Virus record (IMG/VR): IMGVR_UViG_3300028840_004512
Coordinates: 3,333-67,332 of that record
Origin: a virus
DNA: 64,000 nucleotides
Reading direction: 5' to 3' (one strand)
The notes under the pieces are model-generated. The model worked only from the letters and a program-made list of their open reading frames with translations, was not told the origin of the DNA and did not search any database. A program made the position numbers and the translations under genes. Positions within the stretch are counted from its first letter, which is position 1. Every line of letters starts with the position of its first letter. Shown piece by piece: positions 43,932 to 53,717 of the stretch.

Positions 43932-44740
43932 CAGACCGCCTCCTTGAGCATCTCTTGAAAGTGCGTAGTCCAGTAAGCTCGCCGACCGTTAGCCCGTGCG
44001 TTGCACGCCTGACACAGCGCTATCAGATTAGATTCAGAGCAATTACCCTTATCGTAGTCAATGTGATGCACAGACAGGTTCTGACCACCCATCCCGTTGT
44101 AAGGCGAAGGGTATCGAATACGGTGATCCGCCTCGGCGAGACCACACTCCCGACAACAGTAACCGTCGCGCCGACGAATACGATCCTTCAGCTGATTGTT
44201 AAACTCTGGTGGATACGGATGAAAAGATACGCCCCCCCGCCAGTTAGGGTTCTTAGAGCCCACTTGATGAACCAGGTACGAAGCCGTCGTGCGGCCCACC
44301 CCCGATTGCCAAATAAACTTACTGACCGTCCCTTTAGGAACACCCAACTTGCGTGCAACGTCCCCAACCTTATCCCCCGCACCATAAAGCCGCAACGCCT
44401 CTGCCTCCCACGATCTGTCAGGCTCTCGCCGGTCGACGCCCCCTTCCTGAAGACGTAACAACACCAAGCGTTTAGACACCCCAACGCGTTTGGCAACCTG
44501 TTCCGCTGACAAACCGGACAGATACAACGCCGCCACCGTCTCCACCCCGACCTTACGACGCCCCTTCTGAATCTGCACAGGGTCTCGCAGCTTGACGCCC
44601 TCCTTAACCATGCGATACCTGACCGTAGAAATAGGCTTCCCAGCCAGCTCCGCAATCTGCTTGAGGGACTTCCCTGCATCGTAAAGCTCTTGCAGGAGCT
44701 CCTTCGGATACGGCCAATTAAGTCGCGGACTTGTGGGCAT
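43931..44740 (-). mobile_element. HNH homing endonuclease with HTH repeats, fused to a copy of the first 13 codons of the downstream gene
   Basis: Three HTH-like repeats, NPNWRGG, RRDGYCCRECG, SVHHIDY...NLIALCQACN; RBS AAGGAG before ATG 44740. Confidence 0.9.
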
Positions 44741-44752
44741 AGCTACACTCCT

Positions 44753-44776
44753 TAGTGCGACCACGCGGTCGCACTA
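44753..44776. repeat. perfect 10-bp inverted repeat (hairpin)
   Basis: TAGTGCGACC-acgc-GGTCGCACTA. Confidence 0.7.
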
Positions 44777-45163
44777 CACGATCACAGTAACTCCAGCCTC
44801 CAGAGTTAAGGTGCTCGGCGGTATGACAGCATACCGCTTACCGCTCGACAGGATAACCCACACGTCGAAGAGGTAGTCCCCAGCGTCCAACGTATGGGTG
44901 TCCGAGGGGACAAGGTAGATATCCGCCTTGCCGGCCTTCGTGGGAGTTTGAATCGCCACCTGTGACGCACCGGCCTGGCTGTCCTTCTTGATGAGCGGCA
45001 TCTTCTCATCCAGCGCGCGCTTGACCGAGAAGATGACCCGAGCCCCGTTTAGGTCGATGGGCTCACTATCCTCATCCGTCACGGACAGCTCGAAGGTCTT
45101 GCTCGTGCCCCGGATGATACGGATGGTGTTCTTAGGCTGTGTTATCCCCGGCTTCAACGTCAT
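44774..45163 (-). CDS. BppU-like Ig-fold virion protein
   Basis: IIRGTS..F.L.V.D....IDL.G....F.VK...G...I.L...DT..L..G.Y.FDV. Confidence 0.65.
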   Translation of the reverse strand: MTLKPGITQPKNTIRIIRGTSKTFELSVTDEDSEPIDLNGARVIFSVKRALDEKMPLIKKDSQAGASQVAIQTPTKAGKADIYLVPSDTHTLDAGDYLFDVWVILSSGKRYAVIPPSTLTLEAGVTVIV

Positions 45164-45164
45164 C

Positions 45165-45626
45165 TCAGCAAACCCCTATGATCTCTCCGTCGAGGGCCTC
45201 CACCTCTTGTACCACACCCTGCAGCAGCCCTACGCCCTCAATGGCCCCGTCCAGCTCCACCGCCGTGTCGTCAATGGTGCCCGACAGCACCACCTCCAAG
45301 GTTATCTCCCCACTCAGCTCATCCTTAGTCCGGATGACCCCCTCCAGACGCGTATCGATGACCGTCTCAGGCAGCGCCGGTGAGGTGTCGATGTAGAATA
45401 TCTGGACCACATCCTCACAGCCCGGCGAGCCCAGCGGCGCCTCCTTGAGGTCCACCACACCACCCGCAGGGCTCGTCTCCACCCAACCATCGTCCAGCAG
45501 CTGGCTCTTAAGCTGCCCGTTCAAGAAAACCGCCGTGGTGCCCGGCTGATACGGGCGTGAGACGGTGAACGTTGTGTTCAGACCGTCTATCACCCCCACA
45601 GGTACCTCAAACCGCGGCACAGGCAT
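45165..45626 (-). CDS. virion protein with P.G..DG.N..F domain
   Basis: Paralogous to 45662..45898; promoter TTTACT-17-TACCTT 6 nt upstream. Confidence 0.75.
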   Translation of the reverse strand: MPVPRFEVPVGVIDGLNTTFTVSRPYQPGTTAVFLNGQLKSQLLDDGWVETSPAGGVVDLKEAPLGSPGCEDVVQIFYIDTSPALPETVIDTRLEGVIRTKDELSGEITLEVVLSGTIDDTAVELDGAIEGVGLLQGVVQEVEALDGEIIGVC

Positions 45627-45661
45627 GGCTAAAAGGTAACTTACCTCAACCGTGAAGTAAA

Positions 45662-45898
45662 CTACAGGGGGATGTAATAAGCCTGAACCACATCAACCGA
45701 GCCTGGTGCCGGAAGCGGGGCCTCCTTAAGGCGCACACGTCGACCTCCCAGCTCAGTCCAACCATCCTCAAGATCCACGCGTTTAAGCTGTCCATTGATG
45801 AACACCCGGACCGAGCCGGGGACATAGGCCGTCGGCGTCTCAAAGATGGTGTTAGCGCCGTTTACCGGCCCACTCATGGGTTGGATAAGGGGGAACAC
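45662..45898 (-). CDS. small virion protein
   Basis: GPVNGANTIF...YVPGSVRVFINGQL. Confidence 0.75.
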   Translation of the reverse strand: MFPLIQPMSGPVNGANTIFETPTAYVPGSVRVFINGQLKRVDLEDGWTELGGRRVRLKEAPLPAPGSVDVVQAYYIPL

Positions 45899-45919
45899 CT
45901 TGGCGCCTCCTAGCCCCCT

Positions 45920-46570
45920 TTACGCGCCGGTAAAGACCACCTTGAGAGAGGAGCCTCCACCTTTGCTCACTCCCTGCCATTGGCAGGGCACCTCGGGGTC
46001 ATACTGCGACCCGGCCTTGCAGCCATCCTTCCCCGGCTTCTGGTCACACGGGGGGTTCTGTCGCGCGGTGCAGATGTCACAGCCAAGCGGATAGACCCCA
46101 AACACCTTCTCGTTGCCCTCGACCCCGTTTGGCGGCCCCAGCTTGGCCGCCTTACCGCCGTCCGTGGCCTCGATCCAAACCTTGTTGCTGTAGCCGTCAA
46201 CCAGGCTGACATCGACCACATCAAACCAGGCAGGGTTGTTGACATTGACCTCTGCCTTAGTCGACCCACAGCTGACGGGGGCGTCGAAAGCCATCGTCGC
46301 ATTGAAACGTTTGCCCGAGAGCGGCAGAGGCTGCGCGGCCCCCGCCTTGAGAGGGAAGGAGCAGTTGAGCTTGGCGGTCGCCTTGCAGAAGGGCCAGTCC
46401 GCCGGGAGCACCACCGAGTCCGCCCCAAAGGACAGATAGACCGTGGCGTCAGCCCCCGAGCTGTTGACCACCTCCACGGTTGTCGAGACAGCCGCGCCCG
46501 ACGGCGCCATCACCAGCGAGCTGCACGAGACCACCAAAAGCGCGAGGGTACAGGCTAGTAGGTACCGCAT
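45920..46570 (-). CDS. exported thaumatin-like protein (possible lipoprotein)
   Basis: Signal peptide LALLVVSC; TKAE...DVVDVSLVDGY thaumatin-like motif; Cys-rich. Confidence 0.65.
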   Translation of the reverse strand: MRYLLACTLALLVVSCSSLVMAPSGAAVSTTVEVVNSSGADATVYLSFGADSVVLPADWPFCKATAKLNCSFPLKAGAAQPLPLSGKRFNATMAFDAPVSCGSTKAEVNVNNPAWFDVVDVSLVDGYSNKVWIEATDGGKAAKLGPPNGVEGNEKVFGVYPLGCDICTARQNPPCDQKPGKDGCKAGSQYDPEVPCQWQGVSKGGGSSLKVVFTGA

Positions 46571-47424
46571 CAGAAGTTCTCCTTGTAGGCTTCCTTGTAG
46601 CCTTGCTTGATCATCGCTCGGATGTTCTCAGGGCTGAACTCTAGGGAGTCCAGCACCGAGTTGCGTGGCTGCTGGACCCTAATGTTAACGTCCGCATACT
46701 CCGGCTTAAGCTCCACGAAGGGGTTGTTAACCCCCAAGCACTTCAGGTCTGTGCGGATAATCTCATCCGAGCTGATGCCAAGGTACCTAAAGAGGTAGTG
46801 CTGCGTCAGCTTCCCCTCGGGGTCCCAATTGCTCGGCAGGTCGGGGTTAGACGCCATGACGACGTCTATCTCCTTAGCTCCCAGCTCGATCGCCGAGCGT
46901 AGCGGAGTTACGTTGCGCGCGCCGCCGTCTGTCCAGACATTGCCCCCGATACGCACGGGCTCAAAGACGACCGGATAGGCCGCGCTCGCGGCCACCCACC
47001 ACCCGAGGTTGTCGTGGCGCTCCGTCGCGAGCTTGTACTCGCCCGTGTTCCAGCTCACCGCCCCCACCCGTAGAAGCTTACCCGAGGTTCGCACAGACGC
47101 CTCGTTGAGATTGTCCAGGATGAGCTTGCGAAGCGGCTCGGTGTCGTACACGGACGCCTTACAGGTAACCACTGAGAGCGGCCAGCCTAGCCACCTCTCG
47201 AAGATCTTATCATTGTCGATAGTCAGCCAGAGGTCGTGAAGCCACCCCCACGCCTCGGCTGCCGAGCCCTTCGGAAACTGGGCGAGGCCCGCGGCGTTGA
47301 TGGCCCCAACGGAGACCCCACACAGAAGGTCATAATCACGCCCCTCGTCCTTCATTACCTTCTGAAGGACCCCTATCTGATAGGCGCCCCGCGCGCCGCC
47401 GCCGCTGAGTACGAGAGCTCTCAT
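46570..47424 (-). CDS. patatin-like phospholipase
   Basis: LVLSGGGARG, GVSVG, ASAAYP..F, DGG. Confidence 0.93.
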   Translation of the reverse strand: MRALVLSGGGARGAYQIGVLQKVMKDEGRDYDLLCGVSVGAINAAGLAQFPKGSAAEAWGWLHDLWLTIDNDKIFERWLGWPLSVVTCKASVYDTEPLRKLILDNLNEASVRTSGKLLRVGAVSWNTGEYKLATERHDNLGWWVAASAAYPVVFEPVRIGGNVWTDGGARNVTPLRSAIELGAKEIDVVMASNPDLPSNWDPEGKLTQHYLFRYLGISSDEIIRTDLKCLGVNNPFVELKPEYADVNIRVQQPRNSVLDSLEFSPENIRAMIKQGYKEAYKENF

Positions 47425-48242
47425 TCAACACCTACCCATGTTCTCCCCACCTGCACAAACCTCACCGAGTTGAGGCTAACACCCAACCGTTCCGCCAACG
47501 CTCTCCGCGACAGTTTCTCTGGGTTCCGACGAATGTACCTAACGTCCTCCAACGTTAAGGGAGAAAGCTTCTCCCTGTGCGCCACAGACAACCGCCGACC
47601 CTTCGTATGTTGGTTGCCTAGATTAGCACGCCGCAAAGCCTCCTTGTTCTCTGACGACATCCTAGTCCCCCGCATACGCGCCGCTAACTGCCCCCGCACC
47701 TCAGCAGTATGGGTACGCCCATAGAAAGGATTACCCTCACCAGAGAACCTAGCACTAAGCTTTGCCCTGGCGCTCTCCAACGCCTCGGGCGTGTGACTCC
47801 TACCATAAAACGGATTCTTCTCCCCCTTCGTAGCCCGTGATACCGCACGCCGGTGGGCGTCTGACCGAGGCTTACCTAGACAGGCTGCAGACATCCGCCT
47901 CCTGGTCTCTGCACTTACCTCATATCCTTCCCCACCCTCCGTGCAGTTGTAGCCGCGGGGGCCTAGAGTCCCCAACTCTGAGATCCAACGAGACTCCGCC
48001 TCGTTCAGCGCCTCCAATGACGCGCACTCCTCTAAGACGACAAACTCAAACGCGGTCCTCGTGTACTTCCTGAGAGCCCTATGGAAGGGCACCTCGGAGC
48101 CTTCTCTGACTGCATCGACGTGACCCTTAATCCGCTTCTCCAGGGGCTGTATTGTCTGCCCCACGTACCGCTTGCCGCTGACGCTACAAGTGGCGCAATA
48201 GATCACCCCGTAAGGCTTGTTCTCTTTCTCAAGTGCTCTCAT
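47421..48242 (-). mobile_element. GIY-YIG homing endonuclease with NUMOD3 repeats
   Basis: GVIY...KRYVGQT...R..H...E...GYN; KNPFYGRSHT repeats; start MRAL at 48242. Confidence 0.9.
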
Positions 48243-49657
48243 GCTTCGCTCTCGCTGATGCTCGTGCAATAGAAGGTTATCGTTAACGATTCGCCCCCCA
48301 TGTTCGAGTCGTCCCCCACCAGCACCCGCAGCTCCATCCCGTACGAAGAATACAGGTCTCGGGCCGTCGAGTAGTTGAAGGGGACTGCTTGGATCGCATT
48401 CTTCATCCCCCGCGACTTGCGGCGGAACTCCTTGATGTCCGACAGCGCCTTGTGCTCAGCTGTCGCCCCGATAGCGTTGATGGTCGGAAGCGCACCACGA
48501 GCCTCCGTCACGATCTGCGTGACGCGGTGATAGTAATCCTGCTGGATGGGTATCTGCGTCCCCGACGGATAAGGGGTCATGTTCCACTGGTTGCTGCGGT
48601 AGGTGTAGTACATCGACTCATCCACCACCGTCGTCCAGTCCTCCGCGCTAGGGGTCGTAAAGTCCCAGGAGGACCCGTTGTACTGGGCAATATCGTCCTC
48701 ATGAGAGGCCCAATCCCCCGTTGCGGGTGATGCCACGATGTAGCGGTCTCCTGTATCCGGGCTACCCGGCGGCGCTGTCAGGTCCTTGTCCAGCACCGCC
48801 GACAGCTCGTTGGAACCCCGCATGTACTGCGGCGCAAACACGTCCACGTAGCCCACCACCTGGTACTCAAAGGTACCATACTGGATCATGTCCTCCGAGA
48901 AGTCCGCCTCGGCATTCTCGATGCGCAGGATCTTACCAGTGTCCGGCGTGACGAAGAAGGTGCTCCCGTTAGCGTAGCTAAAGGAGGCCGTGACCGTGTT
49001 CCCCGTCTGGTCCACAAAGAAGTTTATCTCCCCGTTGTCGTAGTCGATCCAATAGTCGTACGACCCGCTCCCGTCATCAAACACGAACGGAGGGCACGGT
49101 GTCTTGACCACACTGTCGACCTTCACCTCTACGGCGTAGCCGTGGCCCACCAGCGCCACCCAGTGCTCCTGGTTGTGGATGCGGCCCGAGACCGCATCTA
49201 TCCAGTTTACATGGTCGCTGTTGGTGCTCTCCCACTGCTTACCGCCCGTGCCCGCCTTAAGCTGCATCGCCTGGTCCGTGGCCCGCAGTGAGGCGCCATA
49301 GCGCGTCACCATGTCACAGAAGTTGTGCGAGCCTATGACAATCTCCGAGCCCAGGCGTGGCTGGTGCGCCACCAGCTGAGCCCCATCTGACTGCAGCGGC
49401 ACAGGCTTGACCCCCGAAAGGCCCACTATCTGCGCAACAGCATCATCCGGCCGCGCTACCTGCGTCGAGCCTGAGCCAAAGTTGGTGTTCCAATCTGAGT
49501 AGTCGTCCGCCCCCACAAAGCTCTCGTAGACGTGATCTCGGTCCCCGGTCCACACCGTGCAGCTAGTTGCCCCCTCGGGATAGTCGTAGGTAGCCCACGA
49601 GTTGCTCTGCGCCACCTGCTTCCAGATGCTGTAGGTAACGTTAAGATGAAACTTCAT
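48239..49657 (-). CDS. virion protein with DUF2793-like domain
   Basis: DLTAPPGSP.TGDRYIVA..ATGDWA.HED.IA.Y.G..W.F..P. Confidence 0.75.
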   Translation of the reverse strand: MKFHLNVTYSIWKQVAQSNSWATYDYPEGATSCTVWTGDRDHVYESFVGADDYSDWNTNFGSGSTQVARPDDAVAQIVGLSGVKPVPLQSDGAQLVAHQPRLGSEIVIGSHNFCDMVTRYGASLRATDQAMQLKAGTGGKQWESTNSDHVNWIDAVSGRIHNQEHWVALVGHGYAVEVKVDSVVKTPCPPFVFDDGSGSYDYWIDYDNGEINFFVDQTGNTVTASFSYANGSTFFVTPDTGKILRIENAEADFSEDMIQYGTFEYQVVGYVDVFAPQYMRGSNELSAVLDKDLTAPPGSPDTGDRYIVASPATGDWASHEDDIAQYNGSSWDFTTPSAEDWTTVVDESMYYTYRSNQWNMTPYPSGTQIPIQQDYYHRVTQIVTEARGALPTINAIGATAEHKALSDIKEFRRKSRGMKNAIQAVPFNYSTARDLYSSYGMELRVLVGDDSNMGGESLTITFYCTSISESEA

Positions 49658-50025
49658 CGGTAACCCATACAGGTAAAGCCTCGGTACAGTGTCTTCGTGC
49701 CAGAGTACGACTTAACCTTCACCACGAAGTCTCCCTGAAGCTGCACCGGCTCCGGGAACTCCAACGCAAAAACCCCAGAAGCTAACGAATAGAGCCAGCG
49801 TGGGATCGTGCCCGTCCCCGCTCTAAGCTTATAGGAACCTTCAATGATGCCCAGATCTGCCTCCCAGGTCACAGCGGGGTACTCAATACGTAGATGGGCG
49901 TCGGACGTGTCTAGGTGGAAGACCACGCCGAAAAGGTTAATCATAAGCCCCTGACTTATCGAGTAGACCGTGGTCCAGCTCCCACTCCCAAACTCCTGGT
50001 CCTCTGTCCAATGTATGATCTTCAC
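49654..50025 (-). CDS. hypothetical virion-region protein
   Basis: 123 aa, coupled overlaps. Confidence 0.7.
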   Translation of the reverse strand: MKIIHWTEDQEFGSGSWTTVYSISQGLMINLFGVVFHLDTSDAHLRIEYPAVTWEADLGIIEGSYKLRAGTGTIPRWLYSLASGVFALEFPEPVQLQGDFVVKVKSYSGTKTLYRGFTCMGYR

Positions 50026-51389
50026 CGACTCTCACCCCACGTCAAAGAAGCTCGCATGCTCGTGCTGCCCGACGTCTTCTCGTAGCGGCCCGCAATCGTA
50101 AGACTCCGACGATCAGTCCCAAAAGCCTCGCGCCGCAGCGCTCGGCCGAGGTCCGCAAAGAACTTGGAGATATCCTCCGTCAAAGAGTCCTCCGAGGCCG
50201 GAAGAAACAGGCGCATAAGCGTCGTACCGCCCGAGAGAGCAGTTGCTGAGGTGTCATACTCAGTACCCGACTCGCTAGACACCGAGCTCCACGATGCCCC
50301 CGTCAAGGTGGCATCCAGCACGAGCCTTATAGCAGACCGGCCGCCCTCATTGCTTGCCGTCAAAAGGAGCGGCAGAATGCTCATGCGGTTGTCGATGCTG
50401 TTGAAGGTCAAGCTGGGCCTGATGGACAGCAACGGCCGCTCAGTGGTCCCCACCGTCACATCCGCATCATTGTACGCCCCATAGCTGTACTCGGGCATCT
50501 CAGACGTACCCTCAATATTGACCGATGTGCAGATGCTATAGAACGAGCTGGCCGTCGAGGCCCCATCGTTCTCAATCTCCCAGCTACACGGCAGCACCGC
50601 CGTCCGCATGTACGGGCCCGCTATCGTGTTGGGGTTTTCAAAGGTATGACCTAGGATCCCGTTAACGAAAAAGTTAACCCTACCAACCCCCAACCACTGG
50701 AACTGGATCTCGTATATCTGCCCCTTGGTGATGTCCAAGGTCACCTCCGAGAGGCCCGTCCCATCCAGCTTGTCGCCGTTCCAGCTCGACTGCGCAACCT
50801 TGGTCTCGACCACTGACCCGCTCGTCGACGAGCGGGTCACGACATAGAGCGTCGTCCCGTTAAGCTCAAAGAAGAGCCCGTCGTTGTCATCAAAGAAGCC
50901 CCAACGCCGAATCTGATTCGTCTGCCCCGTGTCCGTATGATAGCCCGTCGTCAGGATCCTGGTCCCCTTTCCTGCCTGATAACGATAATACGCATGCGTG
51001 CGCGCGCGAGCCTGGTCGCCATCCGCCCCCGTCACCTCCAGCTTCATGGCACTCTGGAGCGGGATGTGGGTGATCGCCCCCGAGCCTGACAGGTCTGTCC
51101 CTATCTCCTTCGAATCTATCTCGTACTTGTGGATGATGTTCGCTGCCGACTCTGAGACCGCCGTCCGCAGCTCCCCAAACGCGCCTCCCGTCGTGTCGGA
51201 CGCCTGGATAGTGATCGAACCGTCGAGGTTGGCCTTAACGACCCGCGCCTTCCCTAGACTGTCCTCACCGACCGACAGAAGACCGCGGGTCCCAGCAGGG
51301 ATAGTATCGCCAGGCGTGACGGCCATAGCCTCATCATCCTGGTCATAAGGGACCATCGCCACCTTTGGTGTTCCATCAGGTACCGTCAT
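50022..51389 (-). CDS. phage structural protein (lectin-like beta sandwich)
   Basis: AFGELR, YRYQAGK, WGFFD..DGLFF, V.QSSWN.DKLDGTG, IQFQWLGVG. Confidence 0.75.
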   Translation of the reverse strand: MTVPDGTPKVAMVPYDQDDEAMAVTPGDTIPAGTRGLLSVGEDSLGKARVVKANLDGSITIQASDTTGGAFGELRTAVSESAANIIHKYEIDSKEIGTDLSGSGAITHIPLQSAMKLEVTGADGDQARARTHAYYRYQAGKGTRILTTGYHTDTGQTNQIRRWGFFDDNDGLFFELNGTTLYVVTRSSTSGSVVETKVAQSSWNGDKLDGTGLSEVTLDITKGQIYEIQFQWLGVGRVNFFVNGILGHTFENPNTIAGPYMRTAVLPCSWEIENDGASTASSFYSICTSVNIEGTSEMPEYSYGAYNDADVTVGTTERPLLSIRPSLTFNSIDNRMSILPLLLTASNEGGRSAIRLVLDATLTGASWSSVSSESGTEYDTSATALSGGTTLMRLFLPASEDSLTEDISKFFADLGRALRREAFGTDRRSLTIAGRYEKTSGSTSMRASLTWGESR

Positions 51390-51391
51390 CG

Positions 51392-52636
51392 CTAATCCAC
51401 GTAGTATTGCACCCCATAAACGAAGTCCAGCGACCCCGATCCACTAACGAGCGTAGCCCGCAGCAGCACGTCGCCCACCGCCGGTGTGACATCATTACCC
51501 AGTATGTCCTTGAACGTCACCCCGGTGTTAACTGCCGTGACCCCAGTCTCCTTGTAGCCGTCGGTGATCTTCGTAAAGTCGCCGCCCGAGACAGTAAGGT
51601 CAGCAAACATAGGGAACAGCACCTCCACAGTCTCGGAGAAGAGACGCATCGTATCCTCCAGCGAGAGGTAGCCCAAGGCCAAGACACCTAGGTCCGCATC
51701 CGTCCCATCTATCCGCAGAACCACCGCAAGCTCCGCCGTCCACAGCGAGCCCGAGTTACTCTTCCCGACCCGGCCCGACACCGCTGTCAGATACGCCTGC
51801 GTCCCCGACGTGTGCTTGTAGCCCGAGCCGTTCAGGTCAATAAGCACGTAGTAGGTCGTGGCCGACACACTGCTCTGCGAAAAGGTCAAGCGGACAAGAA
51901 GATCTCGGTCGTCAATAAAGTCGTGCTTGACCCGCAGCGTGCCGTCCGTCTCGGTCAGCAGCGTCTGGACGTTGGTGCCATCCTGCCCCGCCACCAACAC
52001 AGGGTTGCCGGCGGGGGTAGCCCCATCCGCTGCCCCTCCAATGACCTCCTGCCTGCCTATTGTGTCGGTTTTGAACGTCTGGACGTTGGTGCCGTCTTGC
52101 CCCGCAGTAAGCACCGGGTTCTCCGTCGGCGCCGCCCCGTCTGCATCCGTCCCCTCGACCTTCCAGGGAGGCGTACCCTGCTGGATGGTCCACGTCCCGC
52201 TCTGCGACACAGACACCGCGCTCTGGTCCGACGCAATCACCACCGGCACCGACGCGGCCATCGCCTTCTGCCCGACGGTCGGTGTGGTCGATCCTAACCA
52301 CGCGCCGAGGTTCACATCGAGCCGAGCGCCTACCAGCGCCGCAGGTAGCTGGTCCGTGTCTACCGTTATCGAGCCTCCCCCATCCTCAATAGGGATTGCT
52401 TGGCCTCCAGATACCCCCTGAACGCTCAGAACGCCACCAGCCGGGCTGCCGGCCGTCCCAGCTCCCGCGACCACCTGGCGCCCGCTAGAGTCCACCACAA
52501 TGAAGCGCGACGTCGTGCCGTCCACCCCCACGCTCACGAAGCCGCGAGCATCCGTTGGGAGCGTCGTCGCATCCTTCAGCGCCACCTCAACCGAATCGGT
52601 CGAGTACAGGATCCTGGCTACAGTGTCTGCGCTCAC
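51392..52636 (-). CDS. fibre-like virion protein with internal repeats
   Basis: DGA.P..NPVL.AGQDGTNVQT twice; GTG start overlaps the HNH stop. Confidence 0.75.
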   Translation of the reverse strand: MSADTVARILYSTDSVEVALKDATTLPTDARGFVSVGVDGTTSRFIVVDSSGRQVVAGAGTAGSPAGGVLSVQGVSGGQAIPIEDGGGSITVDTDQLPAALVGARLDVNLGAWLGSTTPTVGQKAMAASVPVVIASDQSAVSVSQSGTWTIQQGTPPWKVEGTDADGAAPTENPVLTAGQDGTNVQTFKTDTIGRQEVIGGAADGATPAGNPVLVAGQDGTNVQTLLTETDGTLRVKHDFIDDRDLLVRLTFSQSSVSATTYYVLIDLNGSGYKHTSGTQAYLTAVSGRVGKSNSGSLWTAELAVVLRIDGTDADLGVLALGYLSLEDTMRLFSETVEVLFPMFADLTVSGGDFTKITDGYKETGVTAVNTGVTFKDILGNDVTPAVGDVLLRATLVSGSGSLDFVYGVQYYVD

Positions 52637-53226
52637 GCGATAGTCCTCCAAGACTCTCCGCGGAGTATCGCTCCAACAGTACCGTGGGTCACTCCGAACT
52701 CCGACCCAATAGCACGCTGAGACAAACCCGCGGCGGCAAGCTGCTTGATCCGGACCACGTCTCCAGACGTTAGCTTAGCACCACTATGGTCCTCCCCACG
52801 CCGAGTCCGCTCGGGGCACGTGTACCGCCCATTCCGCCTACCATATGGACGCCGCTCAGGGTGCTTAACAAGACCGTTCCTAGCACCCCTAGCCACCGCC
52901 TCGGGACACGTCACACTACCATGCCGCATACCACGCGCTGTCCGCCCTTTTCGATCCCGATCTCGGTTGTTCTCTACCACCGTACCGACAAACAGATGAG
53001 CCGGATTAACGCACGAAGGGTTATCACACGTGTGGCAAACACACAGACCGTTAGGAATATCCCCAAAGGTAAGAAACCAAGCCAAACGCGACGCTACCCA
53101 AACTTCCCCCTGATACCTAACAGACCCGTACCCCTTCTTGCTACGAGCTGCCGTCCAGGGCCAGCAATCCTCCGGCGCCCCCCGTCGACACCTGGCCCAA
53201 AAATCCTCTGGAGTGCTACGCCTCAC
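52633..53226 (-). mobile_element. HNH homing endonuclease (HNH_3-type) with C-terminal HTH
   Basis: DCWPW...GYG...ASRLAW...VCHTCDNPSCVNPAHL..GT..EN..D; AKLT..DV..I. Confidence 0.92.
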
Positions 53227-53717
53227 GATATCGCCCTAACCCGCGAAGTCTCGAAGATCCCACTATACGTGATAGTGTCTGTTATTGTCTCAACTACACT
53301 GCTGCCGTCCGTGTCATATACGCGCCATTGTATCGTATTGGTCGTCTTGTTGGCGTTATAGGTGATAGTCTTGTCGACGATCTTCTTTAGCTTTAAGCTG
53401 CTCTCCCACCACGTAACGGTCGTCGGGAAGGGGTCAGCTGCCGGGAGAGTCTCACGGTAGGCGCCCGAGGTGAACCCACCGAACGGGCCACCCACCCCAT
53501 CCGCAAGGTGGATGCCCTGGCGCAGCGTCTTATGCTCAGCCGCTGTGATGCCCCCACCACCGGAGCGCGGGTCATACTCTCCGGTGCTGTCGTAGAAGCT
53601 GAAGCGGCCGCCCACATAGCGAATCTCGCCCTCCGCCGTAGCGACCACGGTCGAGGCGGTGTAGATCGCTGTGTCCTCGTAGAGAGCCCCAGCGCGTCTA
53701 TCCGGTGTTCTGCCCAT
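53223..53717 (-). CDS. virion-region protein
   Basis: 164 aa, beta-rich C-terminus. Confidence 0.75.
   Translation of the reverse strand: MGRTPDRRAGALYEDTAIYTASTVVATAEGEIRYVGGRFSFYDSTGEYDPRSGGGGITAAEHKTLRQGIHLADGVGGPFGGFTSGAYRETLPAADPFPTTVTWWESSLKLKKIVDKTITYNANKTTNTIQWRVYDTDGSSVVETITDTITYSGIFETSRVRAIS

Noticed and set aside
46570-47424. CBASS (patatin effector plus E1/E2/JAB)
   Set aside because: No CD-NTase seen, and patatin is more than 35 kb from the Ubl genes, within the tail module.
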